A stretch of 63,743 nucleotides of DNA from Terriglobales bacterium (GTDB lineage Bacteria > Acidobacteriota > Terriglobia > Terriglobales > SCQP01), in contig JANWJU010000108.1 in NCBI GenBank assembly GCA_025451775.1, forward strand, positions 1 through 63,743, written 5' to 3'. The notes under the pieces are model-generated. The model was not told where the DNA came from and did not search any database. It saw only the letters and a list, made by a program, of their open reading frames with translations. Position numbers and translations under genes: made by a program. Shown one piece after another: positions 18,900 to 29,400 of the stretch (its first letter is position 1; every line of letters begins with the position of its first letter).

Positions 18900-21800
18900 C
18901 TGGCCACCGCGCGGGGTGCGGACTCGACCTGCACCGAGACCAGGCGGGAGATGCCGGCCTGCGGCATGGTGACGCCGTAGAGGGTGGGCGCGGCTTCCAT
19001 GGTGCGCTTGTTGTGGGTGATGAGGATGAACTGCGTGTGCGCGCCCATGCGCTTCACCATGTCGCTGAAGCGCGCGACGTTGGCTTCGTCCATGGGGGCG
19101 TCGACCTCATCCAGCAGGCAGAAGGGGCTGGGCTGGTAGCGGAACACGGCCAGCAGCAGCGCCATGGCGGTCATGGCCTTCTCGCCGCCCGACAGCAGCA
19201 GGGCGTTCTGCAGCTTTTTGCCCGGCGGCTGGGCGACGATATCGACACCGCTGTCGCCGCGCGCGTCGGGCTCGGCTTCGCTCATCTTCAAGAAGCCTTG
19301 GCCGCCGCCAAACAGCACCTGGAACATTTCCTGAAAGTAGATGTTGATCTGCTCGAAGGCTTCCTGGAACTTCTGGCGCGAGATGGTGTCCATCTCCTGA
19401 ATCGCCTTCTGGGTATCGGCGATGGCGTTGAGCAGGTCCTGGCGCTGGGTGTCGAGGAACTCGTGCCGCTGCCGCGCCTCCTCGTACTCCTCGAGCGCCA
19501 TCATGTTGACCGGGCCCAGGTTGTCGATGCGCTGGCGCAGCTCGCGCACCTCGGCCTCGAGGGCGGGGAGCTCGCCGGCCACCGGCGCCGGCTCGGCGCC
19601 GTCCAGTTCGGCCAACTGGGCCAGCTCGCAGCCCAGCTCCTCACGGCAGCTCTGGCGCAGGTGTTCGAGGTCGGCCTCAAGCCGGGCGAGCGCCACCTCG
19701 CACTCGTTCTGGAGCTGGCGTTTTTGGTCCCACGCCTCACGGCCGGCGGCGAGCTCGTTTTCGAGTTGCTGGACCTGGACGCGGGCGGCGGCGAGCGCGG
19801 CTTCGGCGCTCGCTTGTGCGGCGGTGGCGCGGGCCAGTTCGGCGTGCAGGCGTTCCAGGCTGGCGTGCAGGATTTGGCGCTGGGCTTCGAGTTCACGCTG
19901 GCGGGCTTGCAGGACCTGCGCCTCGGCCACCATGGCTTCGATGCGGGTGGCGATATCGCGCTGTTGGCGTTGAAGGCGTTCCCAGGCGGCGGTGGCGGCG
20001 CGGGCGCGCTCCTCGATGCGGGCGGCTTCGGTTTGGGCGGCGCTCATGGCCTGGGCCGCGGTATCGCGGGTGGCGGCGGCGGCGGCCACGGCGGCCACGC
20101 CGTCACTCTCGCGCTGCTGCAGCCGCGCCGCCTCGGCGCTGGCGGCGGCGGCCTCGTGGCGGGCGGCCTCGAGACGCTGGCTGGTTTGCTGCTGTTCGGC
20201 CTGGGCGCGTTCGCGTTCGAGCACAGCGCGCTGCAACATGGCCTCGGCGCGTTTCAACTCGCCCTCGACCTGTTGCGCCGCCTGCGTGCTGGTGAGCAGG
20301 CGCTTCTCCGCCTCGTGGCGCTGATTCCGTGTCTGCGCCAACTCCCGCTCGGCCTGGTCCCGGTCCCGTCCCAGCACGATCTGCCGCTGGTCCAGCCGGG
20401 TCAGCGCCGCTTGCTCCTCGGCTTCGCGCCGCGCCAGATCGCGCAGTTCGCGTTTCAGGCTGAGCGGTCCAGAACCGGCGCCGGCGCCGCCGCTCACGGT
20501 GAGGTTGTGATAGCACTCGCCGCCAGCGGTGAGAAAAAACGCGTGCGGGTACTGCACAGCGAGGCGGCGCGCTTGCGCCGCATCCGCGGCCAGATAGGCG
20601 TTGCGCAGCTTGGGCAGGATGTCGGCCAAGCCCCGCCGGAACCCGTTCAGCGCCTTGACCTCACCCAGCAGCGGGATCAAACCCGGCTCCGCCGCGGGCT
20701 CCGGCGCCGCGGCCGCCGCCGGCGCCGTGGTGTGGCCGTCACCGTGCACCAAAAACGTCGCGCGCCCCTGCTCCTGCGAACGCAGCATGCCCACGCCTTC
20801 GCCGGCTTGGTCCCAGCTCGGCACCACCACGAAGTTCATTTCATCGTGCAGGAACTGCTCCAGCACTTGATCGTAGGGCGCATCCACGTCCAGAAACTCC
20901 CCCAGCACGCCCAACGGCTGGAAGGAGGCGGCATCGCGGCGCCCAAACAACCCCTTGACCGCCTCGCTGCTGTAGCCGTGGTGGGCCACAATCTCCTCCA
21001 GCGAACGGCGGCGCGCGCTCAACTCCGCCAGCCGGGTGCGGCTCTGCTCCCCCTGCTTCCGTTCCTGGGCTTCGCTGGCGATCAGCTCCGCCACCCGGCG
21101 CTCCAACTCCTGGGAACGCGCCGCCAGCGCCGCGCTCGCGCTTTGCTGGTCCTGGAACTCGATATCCAACTGTCCGCGGCGGACGCCGTTGCGATCAAGC
21201 TCGCCGCGCGCGGTCGTTTCATCCTCGGCCAGGCGCTGCAGTTGCCGCTCGAAACCGGCGATCAGGGTCTCGCCCTGGCCGATTTGGTTTTCCAGCTGCG
21301 CCGCTTGGCGCAGCAGCGTGAGGCTCTGCTGCCGCGCCGCTGCCTGGCCGCGCTCGGCCTCGGCCACCTGCGCCTGCGCCGCCTGATGCTGGGCGCGGCA
21401 GGCGGCGAAACGTTCGGCGGCGCCCGCCGCGGCTTCCCCGGCAGTGTCCTGGTCCCGGCGCGCCTGTTCGAGCTCCGGCTCCAAGGCGGCTTGCTGCTGC
21501 TGCAGCCGGGTCTGCTCGGTGGCGAGATCGGCGCCGCGGCGCTCCAACTCCGCGCTCTGCTGTTCATGGAAGGTGATCTGCTGGGCGGAGCTGTCCCGCT
21601 CCCGCTGCAGGCGCCCGGATTCGCCGGTGAGGCGCCGCAGTTCCAACTCGAGTGCGGTGCACTGGGTGGCGTGTTGGGCGCGCGCGCCCTCTTGCGCGGC
21701 GATGGCGTCATGCGCCGCTTGGGCCGCCTGCGCCGCGGCGGCGTGCTGCTCGCGCAACCCGGTTTGCGCGGTTTCGATGGCTTGCGCCCGGCCGCGCGCC

Positions 21801-22681
21801 AGCCGGCGCTGGCGGCCATCGAGCTCGGTTTTGTAGCCGCGGTAGCGCTCGGCCTTGGCCGACTGCCGCTTCAGCGACGCGGTTTGCCGCGTCACCTCCT
21901 CGAAGATGTCATTCACGCGCGAGAGGTTCAGGCGCGCCGCTTCCAGGCGCGATTCCGCCGCCCGCCGCCGCACCTTGTATTTGCTGATGCCGGCCGCCTC
22001 CTCGATCACGGCGCGCCGGTCGTAGGGACGGGAGCTGAGGATTTGCCCGATGCGCCCCTGTTCGATGATGGCGTAGGACTCCGGCCCCAGCCCCGTGCCC
22101 AGGAAAATGTCCTGAATGTCCCGCAGCCGGCAGGGGCGCCCATTCAGCAGGTACTCGCTCTCCCCGCTGCGGTAGAGGCGGCGCGTCACCACGATCTCGC
22201 CCCGGCGGTTATGAGCGATAAACCGGCGGCGCTTGCGGATGCTCAGCACCACTTGGCCAGCCGCCTGTTCGGCAGCGGGCGCGGGGACCGCTTCGGCCCC
22301 ATCGCCATCTTCATCCCAGCCGGCGTCCATCCCTTCCTCCGCGGCCTCGGCCGGCGGTGCGTCATTGGAGGCATCCGGGAAAGTGCCGGGAGCGGCTTCC
22401 ACCTCGTACTGTTCGGGATCGACCAAGGTCAAGCTGACCTCGGCCATGCCCGTCGCGGGGCGGTCGCGCGTCCCGGCAAAGATCACGTCCTCCATGCGGG
22501 TGCCGCGCAGCGACTTCGCCGATTGCTCGCCCAGCACCCAGCCGATGGCGTCGGCGAGGTTGGATTTGCCGCACCCGTTGGGGCCCACGACCCCCACCAC
22601 GCCCGTGCCCGGAAACAGCAGCTCGGTGCGCTCACAGAACGATTTGAACCCTTGCAGTTGGAGCTTTTTCAGCTTGAGCAC
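18896..22681 (-). CDS. smc: Chromosome segregation protein SMC
   Basis: GFKSF, GPNGCGKSN, long coiled coils, hinge, LSGGEK and LDEVDA motifs. Confidence 0.97.
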   Translation of the reverse strand: MLKLKKLQLQGFKSFCERTELLFPGTGVVGVVGPNGCGKSNLADAIGWVLGEQSAKSLRGTRMEDVIFAGTRDRPATGMAEVSLTLVDPEQYEVEAAPGTFPDASNDAPPAEAAEEGMDAGWDEDGDGAEAVPAPAAEQAAGQVVLSIRKRRRFIAHNRRGEIVVTRRLYRSGESEYLLNGRPCRLRDIQDIFLGTGLGPESYAIIEQGRIGQILSSRPYDRRAVIEEAAGISKYKVRRRAAESRLEAARLNLSRVNDIFEEVTRQTASLKRQSAKAERYRGYKTELDGRQRRLARGRAQAIETAQTGLREQHAAAAQAAQAAHDAIAAQEGARAQHATQCTALELELRRLTGESGRLQRERDSSAQQITFHEQQSAELERRGADLATEQTRLQQQQAALEPELEQARRDQDTAGEAAAGAAERFAACRAQHQAAQAQVAEAERGQAAARQQSLTLLRQAAQLENQIGQGETLIAGFERQLQRLAEDETTARGELDRNGVRRGQLDIEFQDQQSASAALAARSQELERRVAELIASEAQERKQGEQSRTRLAELSARRRSLEEIVAHHGYSSEAVKGLFGRRDAASFQPLGVLGEFLDVDAPYDQVLEQFLHDEMNFVVVPSWDQAGEGVGMLRSQEQGRATFLVHGDGHTTAPAAAAAPEPAAEPGLIPLLGEVKALNGFRRGLADILPKLRNAYLAADAAQARRLAVQYPHAFFLTAGGECYHNLTVSGGAGAGSGPLSLKRELRDLARREAEEQAALTRLDQRQIVLGRDRDQAERELAQTRNQRHEAEKRLLTSTQAAQQVEGELKRAEAMLQRAVLERERAQAEQQQTSQRLEAARHEAAAASAEAARLQQRESDGVAAVAAAAATRDTAAQAMSAAQTEAARIEERARAATAAWERLQRQQRDIATRIEAMVAEAQVLQARQRELEAQRQILHASLERLHAELARATAAQASAEAALAAARVQVQQLENELAAGREAWDQKRQLQNECEVALARLEADLEHLRQSCREELGCELAQLAELDGAEPAPVAGELPALEAEVRELRQRIDNLGPVNMMALEEYEEARQRHEFLDTQRQDLLNAIADTQKAIQEMDTISRQKFQEAFEQINIYFQEMFQVLFGGGQGFLKMSEAEPDARGDSGVDIVAQPPGKKLQNALLLSGGEKAMTAMALLLAVFRYQPSPFCLLDEVDAPMDEANVARFSDMVKRMGAHTQFILITHNKRTMEAAPTLYGVTMPQAGISRLVSVQVESAPRAVAS

Positions 22682-22761
22682 GGCCCGGCTCCTTTGCCCT
22701 TAGCGTGGGCGAACACTCACCGGAAGTGTAGCCGTGATGTACCTGGGAATCAAGCCTATAA

Positions 22762-22807
22762 ACCATATATATAGGGCTTCGATGCCAATAGCCCCCATAT
22801 ATTGGGC
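22762..22807. promoter_or_regulatory. Tandem NrdR-box-like palindromes upstream of smc
   Basis: ACCATATATATAGGGC (22762-22777) and CCCCCATATATTGGGC (22792-22807), 30 bp apart; resemble acaCwAtATaTwGtgt. Confidence 0.55.
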
Positions 22808-22812
22808 TGGAT

Positions 22813-23658
22813 CTAGGGCCGTTCCAGCAGGGCGAGGATGGGGGCGGAGTTGGCCGTCTGGGTGTCTGCAGGCTGCGGCTGGTCGGTGTGGAAGTAGAAC
22901 TTGTAGGCTTGGATCCAATTGCGGGCAATGGCTTGTTGCGCGGTGGCCAGCGGCAGGTTCCCCTGGCACACCGAACGTTGCAGGTACTGCTCGAGCTGGT
23001 CCTTGACGTAGGAGTTCCAGGTCGCGTGGGCGCGGGGTTCGGGCCAGAGGTTGCGGATGTCGGCGGTCCCGCCCAGGCCGGGCGTGATCAGGTAATCGAC
23101 CTCGAAGTTGGCGGGGTCGGCATGATGGAGGCCATACTCGCGCAGGACGCGTCGTTGGAGGCTGGGGGCCACTGGACGGTTGATGGGCACATCCTCGCGG
23201 CTGCAGAGGGCGCCGAGCGCGACCGGTTGGGCCGCGCCCGGGGTCAGGTGCGGATCGGGGAGCAGGCCTCCATCAACCTGCACCAGCGTGGCGCGGTGGC
23301 GGGGCAGCCCAACGGACGCCACGAGCAGCGCCAGCGCGAACGCCGCCACCCATTGCCAGTGCCAGCGCGCGGGCGCGGGCTGGAGCGCGGCGACGGCAAG
23401 GCGGGCCTGGAGGCGGCAGCGCGCTTCGTTGTGATCCACGGGAAAATCGGCGAGGTGACCGGCCAGGCCAGGGGTGAGTGGCATCCCCTCCTGGGTTTCG
23501 ACGGCGTAGACGTTGAGTAACTCCCTGATGCGCAGCAGCTCGGCCCGGCATGAAGCGCAGCGGTCCAGATGGGCGAGCACGCGCGCCGACTGGCGCGGCG
23601 GCAGGTCGTCATCGCTCAACCGTATCAGCTGGCGCGGGGAGGGATGACCTAAACGCAT
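22813..23658 (-). CDS. zf-HC2 anti-sigma factor with TM helix and C-terminal HNH-like domain
   Basis: H...HLDRCASC; hydrophobic WVAAFALALLVASV; LPDPHLTPG...EVDYLITPGLGG...RNLWPEP...KDQLE...VC. Confidence 0.75.
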   Translation of the reverse strand: MRLGHPSPRQLIRLSDDDLPPRQSARVLAHLDRCASCRAELLRIRELLNVYAVETQEGMPLTPGLAGHLADFPVDHNEARCRLQARLAVAALQPAPARWHWQWVAAFALALLVASVGLPRHRATLVQVDGGLLPDPHLTPGAAQPVALGALCSREDVPINRPVAPSLQRRVLREYGLHHADPANFEVDYLITPGLGGTADIRNLWPEPRAHATWNSYVKDQLEQYLQRSVCQGNLPLATAQQAIARNWIQAYKFYFHTDQPQPADTQTANSAPILALLERP

Positions 23659-23995
23659 GACGGATATCCTCGGCTGTCAGCGGGCCGGCGCCACCGCTCG
23701 CGCGGTAGTGGAGACCCTGGGCGCGGGAAAATCCAACCCTGCAAGGTATTCCGCGGCCGCCTCAGGCGTAAATGGCGGTAAAGCTGCAGAAACACCGTTT
23801 GGGTGATCTCCTCGCCGTCCTGAATCGACAAACCCAGCGACAGAATATAGCACAGCAGCCCGCGCCGGTGTTGGTGGCTCGCCACTTTTCGCTTGGTCGC
23901 TCCCGCTGGTCGCTAACCTCACTCACAATCTCTCCGGGGGCGTGGCCGGTGACCCGTGCCGCCGTAAGGACGGCTGCTGCTTCCAAATTGCTCAT
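23655..23995 (-). pseudogene. Decayed ECF sigma-70 factor (repeat insertion, frameshifts, deletions)
   Basis: Region-2 fragment QHRRGLLCYILSLGLSIQDGEEITQTVFLQLYRHL...LQGWIF is out of frame with the ATG; a region-4 remnant RAQGLHYR (23702-23725) follows after another frameshift. Confidence 0.75.
23874..23914. repeat. Repeat A copy 2 (inside sigma pseudogene)
   Basis: 40/41 identical to 5040-5080. Confidence 0.9.
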
Positions 23996-24103
23996 TCGGC
24001 CTTAGTATATTCCCGGGGTTGCATTTCTGTTCAGGCTCCTCGTGGCAAAGTTCAGGCGCAAAATGCCTGAACGTGGGCGGGGGTGGAAGAATATTTACTT
24101 GTA

Positions 24104-26443
24104 ATGACCAAGAAATCCGGTTGGCCGGCGTTAGTTCTTGTGCTCGCTTTTTTGCTCCCGCTCCCGGTCCAGCTGGCGGCGCAGGCCAATAGCGGGGATC
24201 TGCGGCTCAGGGTGACCGACCCCACCGGGCTGGCGCTGCCCGCCACGGTGGTAGTCTCCAGCCAAGCGAACCAGTACCAGAAAACCCTGACCACCACGCC
24301 AGAGGGGACGCTGGACGTTCCCGGGCTGCCCTACGGCGTGTATGCGGTCGCCATCACCCACGCTGGGTTCGCGCCGTGGGTGCAGGCGGTCGACATCCGC
24401 ACCTCGACCCCAACCCAAGTCGCCGTGCAGCTCAAGCTGGCGGATTCATCACAAGCGGTCACCGTCACCGCGCCCAAGACGTTGATCAACCCCGAGCAAG
24501 CCGGCGCCGTCGCCCGCATCGGCTCGATCACGCTCCAGAGCCGGCTGGGCGCGCTCCCCGGCCGCTCGCTGCAGGCGCTCATCAACTCCCAGCCGGGCTG
24601 GCTGTACGAGGGCAACGCCGTGCTGCATCCGCGCGGCTCCGAGTACCAGACTCAGTTCGTCATTGACGGCGTCCCCATCCAGGGCAACCGTTCGCCCAGC
24701 TTTGGCCCGGAACTGGAGGCCGCTGATGTCTCCTCGATGAGCATTTATACAGCCGGCATCCCCGCCGAATACGGCCGCAAGCTGGGCGGCGTGGTCGAGA
24801 TCAACACCATCGACGACACGCACCCTGGCTTTCACGGCAAGATGAGCCTCTCCGGCGGCAGCTTCGATACCCGGGAAGCGTTTTTTGAAGGCGAGTACAC
24901 AACCGGCAAAAACACGGTGGGCTTCAGCACCGATGGTTCCGGCACCGCGCACTACCTGAACCCAGTGGTTCCGCAAAACTACACCAACCGCGGCACCACG
25001 GGGGATTTCTCCCTCGATTTCGCCCGCCGCATCTCCCCCAACAACCGGGTGACTCTCAGCCTGCGCCACGAACTCTCGCGTTTCGATCAGCCCAACGAAC
25101 AGGTGCAGCAGGCCGCCGGCCAGCATCAGAACGCCGACAACTTCGACACCATGGGCATTGCGGCCTACGAGCATGTCTTCTCGGCCCACATGGTGGGCGC
25201 CGTGCACGCCATGTGGCGTGACGGCAGCAACGATTTCTTCTCCAATCCGCAATCGACGCCGGTCATGATCACGCAGCACAACGCCCAGCGCGAGGGCTAT
25301 GCCAACGCCTCGCTGACCTTCGATCTGGGGCGCCAGGAGTGGATGGTGGGCGGCGAGACCGACAACACGTTTCTGCATGAAAACCTCGCCTATCACATCA
25401 CCGACCCCAGCCAGTACGACCCCGGCACGCCCGTGCTCTTTGCCTTTGCCGGCCGGCACCCGGATCTGGAGCAATCCGCCTACGCGCAGGATCTGATCCA
25501 CCTGGGCAACTGGACCGTCAACACCGGCTTGCGCTGGGACCACTACAACCTTCTCGTCAACCGTCAAGCGGTGAGCCCGCGGCTCTCGATCGCGCGCTAT
25601 TTCCCCGGCGCCGATATGACGCTGCACTTCTCCTACGACCGCATTTTTCAGACGCCGTCGTCGGATAACATCCTGCTCTCCGCCTCGACCCAGGTGGAAT
25701 CGATCGCTCCCAGCGCCTTTTTCCGGCTTCCGGTCGAGCCCTCGCTGGGCAACTATTACGAAGGTGGAATGAGCAAGGGGTTGTTCGGCACGATGCGGCT
25801 CAACCTGAACTACTACCGGCGCGCCGAGAACAACTTCGCCGATGACAACCAGCTCAACAACACCTCGATCAGTTTCCCCATCGCTTTTGACCGGGCGGTG
25901 GTCTACGGCGCCGAGGCCCAACTCACCCTGCCCGCCGGCCGCCGCTGGTCCGGTGATCTGAGCTACTCGTATATGGTGGGCACGACGTGGCTGCCGGTGA
26001 CGGGCGGACTTTTTCTGGGCGCCGACGCCTCCGGCCTCAACACCGCCAGCAGCGAGTTTCCCGACACTCAGGACCAGCGCAATACCTTCCGCGGGCGGCT
26101 GCGCTATCAGTTGACGCCCCGCCTCTGGCTGGCCGGCGGAGCGGAGTACAACTCCGGCCTGCCGTTTAAATTCAATGGCGATGCCACCACGGCGCTGGCG
26201 GAGTATGGCCCGCAGGTGATCAGCCGGGTCAACTTCGACCGGGGACGCCTGCATCCCACCATGCTGGTCAACGCGTCCTTCGGCGCCCAACTCTGGTCCA
26301 ACGACCGCTACATGGTGAACCTGCAGGCCGACGGGCACAACCTCACCAACGTGCTCGACCTCATCGACTTCGGAGGCCTGTTCTCGGGCAACGCCATTGG
26401 CCCCTCGCGCAGCGTCTCCGTGCGCCTGGAAACCACTTTTTAA
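24104..26443 (+). CDS. TonB-dependent receptor (same family as 7869-10109)
   Basis: Signal peptide, RVTDPTGLALP, LHPRGS...IDGVP, DQRNT, C-terminal SRSVSVRLETTF. Confidence 0.92.
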   Translation: MTKKSGWPALVLVLAFLLPLPVQLAAQANSGDLRLRVTDPTGLALPATVVVSSQANQYQKTLTTTPEGTLDVPGLPYGVYAVAITHAGFAPWVQAVDIRTSTPTQVAVQLKLADSSQAVTVTAPKTLINPEQAGAVARIGSITLQSRLGALPGRSLQALINSQPGWLYEGNAVLHPRGSEYQTQFVIDGVPIQGNRSPSFGPELEAADVSSMSIYTAGIPAEYGRKLGGVVEINTIDDTHPGFHGKMSLSGGSFDTREAFFEGEYTTGKNTVGFSTDGSGTAHYLNPVVPQNYTNRGTTGDFSLDFARRISPNNRVTLSLRHELSRFDQPNEQVQQAAGQHQNADNFDTMGIAAYEHVFSAHMVGAVHAMWRDGSNDFFSNPQSTPVMITQHNAQREGYANASLTFDLGRQEWMVGGETDNTFLHENLAYHITDPSQYDPGTPVLFAFAGRHPDLEQSAYAQDLIHLGNWTVNTGLRWDHYNLLVNRQAVSPRLSIARYFPGADMTLHFSYDRIFQTPSSDNILLSASTQVESIAPSAFFRLPVEPSLGNYYEGGMSKGLFGTMRLNLNYYRRAENNFADDNQLNNTSISFPIAFDRAVVYGAEAQLTLPAGRRWSGDLSYSYMVGTTWLPVTGGLFLGADASGLNTASSEFPDTQDQRNTFRGRLRYQLTPRLWLAGGAEYNSGLPFKFNGDATTALAEYGPQVISRVNFDRGRLHPTMLVNASFGAQLWSNDRYMVNLQADGHNLTNVLDLIDFGGLFSGNAIGPSRSVSVRLETTF

Positions 26444-29400
26444 CCGCCCCACTCCAGCCAGGCGCCGGTAAGGGGAAAGTAAAGGCCGCAGCGCCACGGG
26501 CGCGGCTCGGCATCGAGAGCGGCCACCAGCTGGGCGTAGGCGGCGAGCTGAGGTTGATAGCGCTCGCGCTCGGCCTCGAGCCAAGCGGCGGCCTGGGCGC
26601 CAGGGCCGGGTTCCGTGATTTTGTAATCGATGATCCAGTGTGTGCCGTCCGCGGCAATGAAGCTGCGGTCGATGACGCGATGCGCCGCGCCGCCGGGCGT
26701 GGCGCCGGCGATCGCCCACTCACAACGTGCCCCGGGGTGGCGGTCGAGGATCCAGCGGCCGCGGGCGTCGCCGAGGGTGTGGCGCAGCGCGCGCTCGGCG
26801 CGTTCTCGCGCCAGGGGCAGGTCGGCGGGCAGCACGCCGGCGGAGCGGAGCTGATGATCCAGTTGCGCCGCGCTCCAACTCCGAACGCCGCTCTCGGCCA
26901 GGCGCCGCAGCAGGGCGTGCACGGCGGTGCCGGTGCCCCGCTCCCAGCCCCCGGGCGCCAGGGCGCCCTGCATATTCTGGAGATTCTGGAGACCTACGGT
27001 GGCGGCCGCGGGCGCCGGCGCCACGGCTGCGGCTGGGACCACGCGCACGCGCCGCAGGAGGGGAAACCCGGCCGCCGGCGCCAGGGTGGAGCTGAGCGCC
27101 TCATGCGCGGCGAGTCCAGCCTGGCTGCGATGCTGCTGGAACTGCCGCTCGAACTCGGGTTGAAGCGTCGCCCACACGCACGCCAACGGTGAGCCCCCAT
27201 CCGGCGCCCGCAGTTGGCCGGTGCTGGGATGAAGCGGCATGGCCGCCACGAGATGCAGCCGTTGCCGCGCCCGCGTCATGCCGACGTAGAGCAAGCGCCG
27301 CTGCTCCTGCCGCTTTTTCTCCTGATCGCGTTGCTTGATCAGTCCGTAAACGGTGCGCTCCTCCGTGCCCCTGGCCGGTTGCGGCGCCATGAGCCATGCG
27401 AAATCGCCCTCCGCGGGGAACTCCGCCCAGCGCAGCAGACCATCCTTATCCGGGCGCAGTCTCCTCCCCAAGCCCGGCAGGATCACCGCGTCAAATTCCA
27501 ACCCTTTGGCTTGGTGCACGGTCATGATCTGAACCCTCCCCTGCGGCGCATGCTCATCGGGGGCAAAAAGGCCATCGAGTGCGGCCCCGAGCGCCGCCGC
27601 GTCCCACCCGGAAGCGTGATCCAAGCGTTCAAAAAATGCCGCCGCGCCGGCGGGATGGGGGGTGCAGCCGGCGCCATCCAACTCGCGCCAGCACCACTCC
27701 ACCAAGGCGCGCGGGGACCAGCGCCCGCGCTCTTGCGCCGCCGCCTCCAGCACAGTCATGGCTCGTGCCGCGCGCGCGCCGCCATCCCCGGATAGGTGGG
27801 CACGCCGCTGCCGCCACAAGTCTCTAACAGCGGTCTCCCGGTCACCGCCGCAGAGCGCGTGCAAATCGGCCAGCGTGAGGCCGCACCAGGGCGCCCGCAG
27901 CACGGCCAGCCACGCCACCCGGTCCGCCGGATCGTGGAGCGCCCGAGTGAGCGCCATCAAGTCCAGCACCACCGGGCTGTCTGCCAGCTTCATCAGCTTG
28001 CTGCCCGAGTAGGCAACCCCAGCCCGCCGGAGTGCGTGGTGGATGGGCGCCACATGCGTGCGCGAGTGCACCAGGATGGCGACTGTGCCGGCTCCGGCGG
28101 CCATCTCCTGTTGCGCCAGGCGCGCGACCTCGACCGCTTCGGCCCGTGGGTTTCGGCTGGCAATGGCGACGACGTCGGCTTCGCCACCGCTGTTGACGCC
28201 CTCACTGGCGATCTCGAAATGGCCCCCGACCCAAGCGGCCAGCGCCCGGCCGGAGCGGAAGTTCCGGCGCAGTTGCAGGCACTGCAGCGGCTGCCCGCCC
28301 AAGTGTCCGCGCACCTCGGCCTGCTCGAACAGTTCCACCTCGGCGTCGCGGAATCCAAAGATGGATTGCATCGGGTCGCCTACGAGAAACAGCGTGCGGC
28401 CGTCGCCCGCGGTCCAATCCGAAATGAGGCCGCAGATCAAGCCGTACTGGGCGCGGGAGGTGTCCTGGAATTCGTCGATGAAGATGTGCCGCAGCTGGGC
28501 ATCGAGGCCATAGGCAAGGGCGCTGGGAGCTTCGAGCGTGCCGAGCGCCGCCCGGGCGGCGAGGGTGATCTCGGTGAAATCACACTCCCCTTGTTCAGCA
28601 AACACGACGCGCAGTTCGGCCGCGGCCACCGGCAACAGGCGTACCAAGGTCGCGACGATGTTCCATTCGTACTCGGAATAGGCGGGCTCGGGCAGCGACC
28701 GCGTGCGATGCAGCGCCGCGCAGGCCGCGTCGCCGAGGCCAGGGTACGGCCCTTTTTTGCGTGCGGTCCCTTCCTTCGTGAGCAGTCGTGCGGCCACGGC
28801 TTGCCAGCCCGCGACATCCAGTCCGGCCACGGTGACCGGGACGCCTTCGGCATGGAGTTTCTGGCGCACATCGTCGAGCTGGGCTTGCAGCACTTGGCGC
28901 AAGTTGGCCTCAAACTGTTCCTGGCTGGCGCCGCTCAAGACCAGCGGCAGCCAGGCATCGCGCCGGGCGAGCAATTCGGCCAGCAGCGTCTCCGCCGCCT
29001 CCAGATCGCCGTTCAGATGGCGCAGCAGGGCGCGCGCCGCCGCGCCGCCCGGGCTGGGGTCATCGCCGGCAAGATCGATGCGGGACATGGTCGCGCGGCT
29101 GGCGGCGCGGTAGAGCCGATCGGCGTCCTCGGTGGGGCGCGGCGCCGGGCCCAGGCGGGTCAGCCACGGCATCCGTCCCGCCAGCTTCAGCGCCAGGCTG
29201 TCGAGGGTCATGATCTGCAACCGCGAGGGCGAACGCGCGAGTTGCCAGTTGTGCCGGGCGTCCTGGTCGCGTGCCCCTCTCGCCAGCTCCCACGTCAGCC
29301 GATCATGCGCGGCTGCGGGGGGCGCGCCGGCGGCGTTGGCGATCGCTTGCAGCACCCGCTGCCGCATCTCGCCGGCGGCTTTGCGCGTGAACGTCAGCGC

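Noticed and set aside
18893-22774. 1293-aa plus-strand ORF and other long antisense ORFs (e.g. 24449-26719, 39383-41941)
   Set aside because: Antisense shadows of real genes, expected in high-GC DNA
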